A stretch of 14,728 nucleotides of DNA from a bacterium. Its GTDB lineage: Bacteria; Zhuqueibacterota; Zhuqueibacteria; Oceanimicrobiales; Oceanimicrobiaceae. Position 1 is the stretch's first letter; each line of letters starts with the position of its first letter. The stretch lies in contig JBHHXT010000112.1 in assembly GCA_046757165.1 (NCBI GenBank), positions 1 to 14,728 of the forward strand, read 5' to 3'. Of the stretch, positions 1 to 7,422 are shown one piece after another. Made by a program: the position numbers and the translations under genes. The notes under the pieces were generated by a model. That model saw nothing but the letters and a program-made list of their open reading frames with translations, had not been told where the DNA came from and made no database searches.

Positions 1-596
1 CGCCACCGCCAGGTGGGGGAGACGTGACGGTATCGATGAAGGACAACTTTTTTTCTCCGCGATCTGTTGGGGTGCAGCCCGGGGCAACCATCACCTGGGA
101 GAATGCCGGCAAGAAAAAACATACTTCTACTAGCGATAGTGGCATCTGGGACTCCGGGGATGTCAACGCCGGGCAGTCCTATAGCTGGACGGTTCCCACG
201 AACGCAGCGGACGGTAGCAGCTTTCCTTACTATTGCGTGTTCCACGGCGACCGGGGGGGCCAAGGTATGGCCGGCGTGATCAACGTGGGCGCGAATCCTC
301 CCCCTCCGAGCGCTGGTGATACGGTTATCGTGACGACACCCGGCTCGACTTTCAGTCCGGAACGCGTTGAGATCAAGCCGGGGGACACGGTGGTGTGGGA
401 ATTTTCTGGTACCACGCATAATGTCACCTTCAAAGATGAAGATGAGACGCCACCAGATGGGGACATCCCCGACTCGCCCCCGGGCGCCAGCGTGTCCCGG
501 ACGTTCCCGGATGAAGGCGACTACGACTACGAATGCACCTTGCACGACGGCCAGAAGGGACGAATCCGGGTGCGGGCTGATTTAGGACGTCCTTGA
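1..596 (+). CDS. Multi-domain cupredoxin (plastocyanin/azurin family) with at least 2 type-1 copper domains; 5'-partial
   Basis: The frame of ORF 24..596 stays open to the window edge (3-23 reads PPPGGGD, a linker), so GTG24 is probably not the start. Domain 1: HTSTS...YYCVFHGDRGGQGM. Pro-rich linker NPPPPS. Domain 2: FSPERVEIKPGDTVVW...HNVTF...YECTLHDGQKG. Confidence 0.9.
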   Translation, partial: PPPGGGDVTVSMKDNFFSPRSVGVQPGATITWENAGKKKHTSTSDSGIWDSGDVNAGQSYSWTVPTNAADGSSFPYYCVFHGDRGGQGMAGVINVGANPPPPSAGDTVIVTTPGSTFSPERVEIKPGDTVVWEFSGTTHNVTFKDEDETPPDGDIPDSPPGASVSRTFPDEGDYDYECTLHDGQKGRIRVRADLGRP

Positions 597-646
597 GGAA
601 ACGCGAAGAATAAATTTCTAATTTATCGAAATTGGCAGGAGGGATT

Positions 647-1597
647 ATGAGGTGTCAAAGAATCCATTTTTCTGGCTGGGGAGCGAGTATTGTGATACTC
701 CTCTTCCAGATGCTGCCTGCGACTCTTCACAGTCAGGCAGCCGACGGGAAGACACTTGCAAGCGTGGAACGGGCATTCGCTGCCTCCCGCGGTGAGCGGA
801 TTTACACGCGAGCATGCGTTCCCTGTCACGGCGTCAAGGGGGATGGCAAGGGACCGTTTTCCACGCCCCTATCTCCTAAACCCCGTGATTTCACCTCCGG
901 AAAGTTCAAGTTTCGCACGACCCTGGCCCGGTCGCTGCCCAGTGACCAGGATGTCTTCAAAACCATCTCGGAAGGCGTTCCCGGCACGTTTATGCCCGCC
1001 TGGGAGGATCTTCTTTCAGAAAGAGACAGGATGGACCTGGTGCAGTACATCAAAACCTTCTCAAAGAGATTCAGTGACCCCCGGCTTTCTGTTGAACCCA
1101 TAAATGTGTCGAATGCTGTCCCGCCCTCGGAGGTGAGCATTGCCCGGGGCCGGGAAGTGTATGAAAAGATCGAATGCATAAAATGTCACGGCAATCAGGG
1201 CCGGGGGAATGGCCCGTCTGCAAAGGACTTGGAGGATGACTGGGGCTATGCTTTGCGGCCTCCTGATCTGACCAGGAGCTGGACATTCAAAGGGGGCACC
1301 GCGAGAGAAGACATTTACTGCCGATTCATGAGCGGCCTGTCCGGCACGCCCATGCCCTCTGTCGCCGAGAGTTTCGTGCTTGATGAGGAAGTCGAAGAAA
1401 TACAAATCAAGATCGAGGATGGCGAGGAGGTCACCCCTGAGGAGCGGCAGAAGTATGATGAGGCGATGGAAGAGATACGGCAGAGCATTTGGCATCTTAC
1501 CAATTATGTCAAATCTCTTTCAAGAAAGCCAGGACTATTCTACCAGTTGTTTGTTGAAGATACCGAAGTAACAAAGGCAAGGAGTGTGAAAAAATGA
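647..1597 (+). CDS. Exported diheme cytochrome c
   Basis: AGGAGG at 637-642 precedes ATG647, favoured over TTG632. Hydrophobic N-terminal leader. CVPCH and CIKCH, each followed by GxGxGP and a GTxMP distal-Met motif. Confidence 0.9.
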   Translation: MRCQRIHFSGWGASIVILLFQMLPATLHSQAADGKTLASVERAFAASRGERIYTRACVPCHGVKGDGKGPFSTPLSPKPRDFTSGKFKFRTTLARSLPSDQDVFKTISEGVPGTFMPAWEDLLSERDRMDLVQYIKTFSKRFSDPRLSVEPINVSNAVPPSEVSIARGREVYEKIECIKCHGNQGRGNGPSAKDLEDDWGYALRPPDLTRSWTFKGGTAREDIYCRFMSGLSGTPMPSVAESFVLDEEVEEIQIKIEDGEEVTPEERQKYDEAMEEIRQSIWHLTNYVKSLSRKPGLFYQLFVEDTEVTKARSVKK

Positions 1598-2073
1598 AGG
1601 TAAAGAAACTTCAAAACCTATTGCTGGTTGCGGGGCTCGGTATCGTCTGTATCAGCACCTGGACGTCCTGCCGGGGAGATGGCACCGGGTTGACCGCAAG
1701 CGGCGAGCTGGAGGGGGTGTCCGGTTTTGCAGCTCAAATTCAACCTATCTTTGACACCAACTGCATTCGGTGTCATGCTCCGGGAGGATTTGGGTTCTTA
1801 CAAACAGGTGGCAGCGAAAACAACGGTTTGGATTTGACGCGTGGCACCTCTCATTCAAGTTTGGTGAACCAACCAACTTTTGAAGCACCGGATGTGGAGC
1901 CCAAAATGAGAGTTGAGCCCGGCGATGCAGAGGGCAGTTATGTTTATCAAAAAATTGTGTCCGCCACGCCGAAATTCGGCCGGCGCATGCCTTTTGATGG
2001 CCCGCCATTTCTGTCAGCAAGCGAAACTGAATTGATTCGGGCCTGGATTGAGCAGGGCGCACCCAATAACTAG
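1594..2073 (+). CDS. Monoheme cytochrome c, probable lipoprotein
   Basis: ATGA overlap with the upstream stop (1594-1597). Basic-hydrophobic leader ending WTS-C (possible lipobox). IQPIFDTNCIRCH, RMP distal Met, C-terminal IRAWIEQGA. Confidence 0.82.
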   Translation: MKVKKLQNLLLVAGLGIVCISTWTSCRGDGTGLTASGELEGVSGFAAQIQPIFDTNCIRCHAPGGFGFLQTGGSENNGLDLTRGTSHSSLVNQPTFEAPDVEPKMRVEPGDAEGSYVYQKIVSATPKFGRRMPFDGPPFLSASETELIRAWIEQGAPNN

Positions 2074-2084
2074 GAGGAATGGAC

Positions 2085-3167
2085 ATGTTGAATAAAAGAT
2101 CAGCCTGGCTCTTGAGTCTCCTGTTTGTGATTGGGGAGTTTTTCGCGTTCAATAGCTCGCCGGCTCATGCCGAACCGTATCTCGCCATGCGTACGGGATT
2201 CAAGTGCTCGCAATGCCATGTCAACCGCACTGGTGGTGGCAAACGAACCGACTTTGGGGTCATCTATTCACAAACCAATCTCTATATGAAATTCCTTCGG
2301 CCTGCAGGCGGCTCCGGCTTTTTTTCCGGCAAATTGAATGAGGTCATCTCTGTGGGCGCCAACTTTCGCGCCGATGACGTTTCCCGTTTCGGATACAAGA
2401 GCGCTCTCGGCGAGAAGGCAGATTTTACGAATAACTCCAGAGTACCGGAAGCCAACATCTATTTTCTCTTCGAGGTTGTTCCGGAGGTCCTGAGTATTTA
2501 CGCGGACCAAACGTTAGCGCCGGGCAGCGGCAACCGCGAATTCTTTGGCGTGATTCAGAATCTGCCGGCGAATTCCTACCTCAAAATAGGGCGGATGCTC
2601 GCCCCCTACGGCTTGCGATTGCGCGATGACGATGCATTCATCCGAAATGGAACAGGCTTTACGTACAACAGCCACGATGTCGCTCTCGAGGTGGGCGTGG
2701 AACCCGGACCCTTGTCTTTGATTGCGAACGTGACTGAAAATGATCTCGCGCTGGTCGGAGCAACGGTGTTTCGCAGGTTTCGTGTCGGGGGGTCTTTTTC
2801 ACAGAATATCAGAAACAGCGATGACTATGTGTACGGTGTTTTCGGCGGCGCCAACTTTGGGCGATTCACCCTGCTCGGTGAAGGTGACTTTATCCAAAAA
2901 CCGGACGTGGACCAGTTCGCCTTCCTGGCTGAGCTGAATTTCTTGCTTCGAAAAGGGCTGAATCTGAAGGCAACTTATGAGTTTTTTGATCGAAATCGCG
3001 ACGTCTCGAACGACCGCGACGGCCAGGAGCGCATTACGTTTGGCGTGGAACCGTTTATCACACAATTCATGCAACTGGGCATATTTTACCGCATCAATCG
3101 CTTTATTCCACAAAACGTGCCCCTGAATCAGGACCAGTTGACCGTGCAGTTCCATGTGTTCCTCTGA
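2085..3167 (+). CDS. Cytochrome c / outer-membrane beta-barrel fusion (Cyc2-like architecture)
   Basis: AGGAGG at 2072-2077 fits ATG2085 better than ATG2079. Signal peptide ending AHA|E. AEPYLAMRTGFKCSQCH lies right after the cleavage site. The remainder shows amphipathic beta-strand patterns (ALEVGVE, FRVGGSF, LNLKATYEFFD) and ends QLTVQFHVFL. Confidence 0.75.
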   Translation: MLNKRSAWLLSLLFVIGEFFAFNSSPAHAEPYLAMRTGFKCSQCHVNRTGGGKRTDFGVIYSQTNLYMKFLRPAGGSGFFSGKLNEVISVGANFRADDVSRFGYKSALGEKADFTNNSRVPEANIYFLFEVVPEVLSIYADQTLAPGSGNREFFGVIQNLPANSYLKIGRMLAPYGLRLRDDDAFIRNGTGFTYNSHDVALEVGVEPGPLSLIANVTENDLALVGATVFRRFRVGGSFSQNIRNSDDYVYGVFGGANFGRFTLLGEGDFIQKPDVDQFAFLAELNFLLRKGLNLKATYEFFDRNRDVSNDRDGQERITFGVEPFITQFMQLGIFYRINRFIPQNVPLNQDQLTVQFHVFL

Positions 3168-3232
3168 GATGACAACGGAGGTGTAGATTCAGGAGGACCG
3201 GAATAAGTAGCGTTTACTGCGAAGGATAAGAA

Positions 3233-5008
3233 ATGAAACCAGGAAATCGTTCCCGTTTGTTCGGAAGAACCTTCTCTGAAAGTCGGAGGCGAGCCTCCTC
3301 GAGCCGTTGGCTCAGGAGTGTGGGAGTGCTCGCATTTCTTTTGTTTGTGTTCATTCTGGCGGGCGCCCTTTTTGCTCAGCAGCAGCAGGTCGAAACACCC
3401 CAGTACCGCGAGTTTCCGCTCGTAGGCAGCCGGACGGCGATGTGGGTGGTCGGGCAGCTCCATCTGATGTTCGCGGCCTTTATTCTCGGCGTGCCGATCT
3501 TTGCGGTCATCATCGAATTCGTGGGCGTGCGGTCGAAGGACCCGCGCTACGACCGCATGGCAAAGGAGTTCATCAAGCTTTGCCTGGTCGCTTTTTCCAC
3601 CACGGCCCTGCTCGGCGTCGCCCTGCTGTTCATGCTGGTCACCCTCTATCCCAAGTTTTTCACCTATATGACCAACATCTTCTCTCCGACTTATCTGGTC
3701 TACGTCCTGCTGTTCTTCGGGGAGACCTTCACGTTGTATCTCTATTGGTATACCTGGGACAGGTTGATGAACCACAAATGGGTGCACCTGACCCTGGGGG
3801 TTCTGCTCAATCTCTTCGGCACCGCGATCATGTTCGTGGCCAACGCCTGGCTGACGTTTATGACCAGTCCCGCCGGCGTTGACGAAAGCGGCGCTCTGCT
3901 GAGCGTCTGGGATGCGGTGACCAATTTCACCTGGATGCCCATCAACATTCACCGCCTGATTGCGAATGTGGCCTTTGGCGGCTCTATCGTGGCGGCGTAT
4001 TCGGCGGTGCGTTTTATTACGGCCAAGACACACGAGGACAAGGCGCACTACGACTGGATGGGGTATACCGGAAATTTTATCGCCATCAGTGCGCTGATTC
4101 CTTTGCCGTTTGCCGGCTATTGGTTGGGAAAGGAAATCTATGAGTTCAACCAGACCATGGGCATCAACATGATGGGCAGCCTCTTCTCCTGGCTTTTCAT
4201 TATTCAGGCGGCGATGATCGGCGTGCTTTTTCTGGGCATGAATTTCTATCTCTGGTCCGGAATGAACCGAATCAAGGGCGCAGAAAGATATGCCAAATAC
4301 CGGCCACTGATGTTCGCCATCCTGATCGCTTGTATCGCGGTGTGGGCGACGCCCCGGACCCTGGTGCTCAGCCAGGCGGAGAAAGCGGCCATCGGGGGCG
4401 AACACCATCCGCTGGTTGGCGTCTTTGGCGTGATGTCGGCCAAGAACACGGCGGTCAACCTGATTATTTTGACCACATTTCTTGCTTTTCTTTTTTACCG
4501 CCGTTCCGGCAAAAGCCCGGTCACCAGATGGGCCAGGAGCGCGAACATCGCGATAGGTGGCATTTTCGGCGCCGCGACGATTGCCGTCATCGCCATTGGC
4601 GTGCTGGGATATTACGTGCCCAGCCTGACCCGGGTCAACGTTCTGACCCCGGGGCAGGTGATCATTGTTCTGACGGTTTTGCTCGCGGTCACCATTATCG
4701 ATGTCATTCTATACCGCCGGGCCTCGGTGTTGGGAGAAGTGCAATGGGGTAAAATGACCAATCGGTCCCAGTATGCCCTCATTCTTTTGGCCGTGACCTT
4801 TACCTCTCTGATGGGGCTCATGGGTTACGCGCGTTCAGGGCTGCGCGAAGACTGGCACGTTTTTGGAGTCATGCGGGACACTTCTCCGGGTGCGTTTACC
4901 CCCACGCTCGGAGACGCCTCAAATATCATTGCGGCGATTGTGTTTGTCTTCTTTGCCATGATCCTGTTCATCTTTTGGCTGGGATCCGTTGGGGACAAGA
5001 AAGATTAG
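3233..5008 (+). CDS. Cytochrome bd subunit I (CydA)-like polytopic membrane protein, non-canonical (Nitrospira-type bd-like oxidase)
   Basis: Many TM segments. CydA-like landmarks: QLHLMFAAFILGVP (His19-like), FFGETF...WD (Glu107-like), ANAWLTFMTSP, NIHRLIAN (His186-like). GYARSG stands in place of EYGRQPW. No QPxKxAAxE quinol motif is visible and no cydB follows. Confidence 0.85.
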   Translation: MKPGNRSRLFGRTFSESRRRASSSRWLRSVGVLAFLLFVFILAGALFAQQQQVETPQYREFPLVGSRTAMWVVGQLHLMFAAFILGVPIFAVIIEFVGVRSKDPRYDRMAKEFIKLCLVAFSTTALLGVALLFMLVTLYPKFFTYMTNIFSPTYLVYVLLFFGETFTLYLYWYTWDRLMNHKWVHLTLGVLLNLFGTAIMFVANAWLTFMTSPAGVDESGALLSVWDAVTNFTWMPINIHRLIANVAFGGSIVAAYSAVRFITAKTHEDKAHYDWMGYTGNFIAISALIPLPFAGYWLGKEIYEFNQTMGINMMGSLFSWLFIIQAAMIGVLFLGMNFYLWSGMNRIKGAERYAKYRPLMFAILIACIAVWATPRTLVLSQAEKAAIGGEHHPLVGVFGVMSAKNTAVNLIILTTFLAFLFYRRSGKSPVTRWARSANIAIGGIFGAATIAVIAIGVLGYYVPSLTRVNVLTPGQVIIVLTVLLAVTIIDVILYRRASVLGEVQWGKMTNRSQYALILLAVTFTSLMGLMGYARSGLREDWHVFGVMRDTSPGAFTPTLGDASNIIAAIVFVFFAMILFIFWLGSVGDKKD

Positions 5009-5011
5009 CTC

Positions 5012-5109
5012 CATTGTTGTATTGCTCTATTGTTTTGTTGTTCTGCTGCTTCATCACGATCCAGCAATAAAACAATAAAACAATGAAACAATGAAACAAT
5101 GAAACAAAA
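5012..5109. repeat. Inverted array of 8-bp tandem units (YATTGTTT-like x5, then AAACAATR x5-6)
   Basis: Left arm: CATTGTTG TATTGCTC TATTGTTT TGTTGTTC TGCTGCTT (5012-5051). Right arm: CAGCAATA AAACAATA AAACAATG AAACAATG AAACAATG AAACAAAA (5062-5109). The unit consensus of one arm is the reverse complement of the other. Confidence 0.9.
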
Positions 5110-5121
5110 CCAAGAGAATCC

Positions 5122-6423
5122 ATGCAAAGAATCAGTCTAAAAATACTCGCGTTTGTTTTTTTGTTCCTCAGTCTCACTGCGTACGTGATGAGCGCCGAGC
5201 CTTTTCTGCTCTCGTGGACGGTCTGGGTTTTTCTGTTGATCTGCATCAATCTGGCGGTCTGGCAGAAGTTGATGCGATTGGCGACCTTTACCATGCTGGT
5301 CATTTGGTCGTATGCGGTGCTCGGAAATCTCATTCCCCAGTCCACCTCCGGGCCGTCAGTGGCGTTGGGGGATATTGAGCGGACGCCGGATGAATTTATT
5401 GCTGCCGGCGACGCTATTTTTCATGGCAAGGGCAAGTGTGCCACCTGCCATACCATCGGCGGTGGCGCCACGGAGTCACGGTGTCCAGACCTGGCGAATG
5501 TCGGGAGCGATGCTGCAAGCCGCAAGCCTGGGATGTCGGCGAAAGAGTATTTCGTGGAATCGCTCTACCTGCCGTCGGTCTATCTCGTCTCAGGCTACGG
5601 TAAGATCATGCCGGAGATCTGGAAACCCCCCATCGCGCTCACGCCGCTCGAAATCGAAACCGTCGTCGCCTTCTTGCAAAGCCAGGGCGGCGAGCCGGAT
5701 TTAACGCCCATTAAGCCGCCGGTGGATATCAGTGCGTTTGAAGAAACCCCGCAGCGCGAGCTAAAAGGCGACCCTGAGGCCGGAAGGTACGTGTTTGTTC
5801 AGCATCTCGAATGTATCAAATGCCACCAGGTTGGTGAGGAAGGCGGGCAAGGTGGGGTCGGCCCGGATCTGACAGAGATCGGTGCGCTCAACACGGTGGA
5901 CTACATCGAGGAGTCGATCCTGGAGCCCAACGCCAACATTGTTTCCGGATATGGTTGGACCATGGTGAGCCTCGCCGATGGCAGGAAATTCAGCGGTACC
6001 GTCGTCAAGGAGGACGAGGAGAAAATCACCTTGCTCCTGGACGGCGTCATGGGGGGAAGCGCCGGGGCGGAGCAAGTCGTCGCCAAAGAGGACATCCTGG
6101 TCCGCCGCATCCGGAGAATGGAAAATATACTCGGGCAGGGCTACTTCTGGGTTCAGGGCGGTCTGAAAGATGGCACCGCAGTCAGCGGCACAATCATCGA
6201 GGAAGACGAAGCCACTCTGACCATCAAAGCCAGCGAGGACCACGTCAAGGTCGCAAAACCAGACATCGACTGGCTCGAGGGAAGAAAGATGCAGGTCACC
6301 TCCAAAATGCCCAAGTACGACGAGGTGATCACCATCAAGCAGTTCGAAGATTTGCTGGCCTATTTGGCGAGTTTGAACGGCTCGGCGGCGAACGGGATCG
6401 CGGCCGACAACACAACGAATTAG
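5122..6423 (+). CDS. Membrane-anchored diheme cytochrome c with duplicated beta-rich insert
   Basis: About 3 N-terminal hydrophobic helices. GKCATCH...CPDL...IMP. CIKCH...GPDLTEIG...YIEESILEPNANIVSGY...SKMP, a pattern resembling the Planctomycete/Verrucomicrobia-type putative heme-binding domain. Confidence 0.88.
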   Translation: MQRISLKILAFVFLFLSLTAYVMSAEPFLLSWTVWVFLLICINLAVWQKLMRLATFTMLVIWSYAVLGNLIPQSTSGPSVALGDIERTPDEFIAAGDAIFHGKGKCATCHTIGGGATESRCPDLANVGSDAASRKPGMSAKEYFVESLYLPSVYLVSGYGKIMPEIWKPPIALTPLEIETVVAFLQSQGGEPDLTPIKPPVDISAFEETPQRELKGDPEAGRYVFVQHLECIKCHQVGEEGGQGGVGPDLTEIGALNTVDYIEESILEPNANIVSGYGWTMVSLADGRKFSGTVVKEDEEKITLLLDGVMGGSAGAEQVVAKEDILVRRIRRMENILGQGYFWVQGGLKDGTAVSGTIIEEDEATLTIKASEDHVKVAKPDIDWLEGRKMQVTSKMPKYDEVITIKQFEDLLAYLASLNGSAANGIAADNTTN

Positions 6424-6475
6424 GCGCTGATAAGTTTTTTTCTGTCATTTTTTGGCAAGAAATGAGATTTAAATC

Positions 6476-6615
6476 CCAAGAAATAAAGATTTCACGCAAA
6501 GACGCTAAGGCGCAAAGAGCATCGCAAAGAAAAACCTTTGCGTATTCTTTGCCTCTCTGCGACTTTGCGTGCGCTCTTAATTTTCTTTTCTTGGTTCCGG
6601 CTTGTCCGGGTTAAG
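6476..6615. repeat. Long imperfect palindrome of 8-bp units (RCGCAAAG / CTTTGCGT), MITE-like
   Basis: ACGCAAAG ACGCTAAG GCGCAAAG...TCGCAAAG (6494-6529) faces CTTTGCGT...CTTTGCCT CTCTGCGA CTTTGCGT (6536-6570). Outer pair: CCAAGAAA (6476-6483) / TTTCTTGG (6587-6594). Followed by TTCCGGCTTGTCCGGGTT. Confidence 0.85.
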
Positions 6616-6635
6616 AAAACTAGTGAGGAAGATCG

Positions 6636-7376
6636 ATGAAAAAACTCTCCAGCTTCACTAAAGGCGTTATTCTGCTCGTGACATGTTTCATTGTTTTCAA
6701 ATATGTTGTGACGCCGCCGCTGCCGGCGAGTCTGGTCTATCTGTATATGGGGATGGTGCTCATTGCCATCCTGGCCCAGGTTTCGATCGAAGACGAAAAG
6801 CTGGAAGAATTTGTGCGACCGCTAAGAGAGGTGCTGGTCAGAGAGGAGAAGGCCAAAGCTCGCACGGTTTTGTTTTCAACTTTCCCGCTGGCAGTAGCTG
6901 CTCTGGTGTTTTCACAATATACGGTGAGCACGGCGCCTCCGGCGGAGCTGCGTACGGTTCATCCTGCGCCACCGGCCGAGATCGAGTTTCGTGGCGAGAA
7001 AATCAAACTGGTGGGATTGGAAAATCCTTACCGTCACGACGCGCAGAATTACGAGAAATATGTTGAAGAAGGCCGGACGGTCTACTATCAAAACTGCCAT
7101 TTTTGTCATGGCGACAATTTGGACGGAAATGGCATGTTTGCCGACGGGTTCAACCCCCGGCCGGCAAACTTCCGGGACGCTGGCACTATTGCCATGCTGC
7201 AGGAGTCCTTTGTTTTTTGGCGGGTAAGCAAGGGCGGGCCCGGCTTGCCCCGGGTGTCGACGCCATGGTCCTCCGCCATGCCGGCATGGGAGACGATGTT
7301 GACAAAAGATGAAATCTGGCAAGTGATCTTATTCATCTATGACGCCACCGGGCAAACGCCCCGGACGTGGGAGTGA
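6636..7376 (+). CDS. Membrane-anchored monoheme cytochrome c
   Basis: GAGGA RBS at 6625-6629. About 3 N-terminal TM segments. RTVHPAPP, NCHFCHGDNLDGNG, PRPANF, PWSSAMPAWE. Confidence 0.9.
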   Translation: MKKLSSFTKGVILLVTCFIVFKYVVTPPLPASLVYLYMGMVLIAILAQVSIEDEKLEEFVRPLREVLVREEKAKARTVLFSTFPLAVAALVFSQYTVSTAPPAELRTVHPAPPAEIEFRGEKIKLVGLENPYRHDAQNYEKYVEEGRTVYYQNCHFCHGDNLDGNGMFADGFNPRPANFRDAGTIAMLQESFVFWRVSKGGPGLPRVSTPWSSAMPAWETMLTKDEIWQVILFIYDATGQTPRTWE

Positions 7377-7422
7377 GGCGTCCCCCGAACGCATTGAACG
7401 GTTACAGGAGATTTGAAATCAG

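Noticed and set aside
2085..3167. Assigning the gene symbol cyc2
   Set aside because: The architecture matches, but the FAR and PxL motifs are missing and the protein is shorter; HMM or phylogenetic support is needed.
3233..3380. Tat signal (SRRR) on the CydA-like protein
   Set aside because: It lacks the RRxFLK consensus and reads as a basic n-region only.
3128..4408. 426-aa minus-strand ORF
   Set aside because: Antisense to the well-supported CydA-like gene, with no recognisable motifs; a shadow ORF.
5955..6614. 219-aa + strand alternative-frame ORF
   Set aside because: Arg/Gly-rich off-frame reading of the cytochrome gene that runs into the repeat element.
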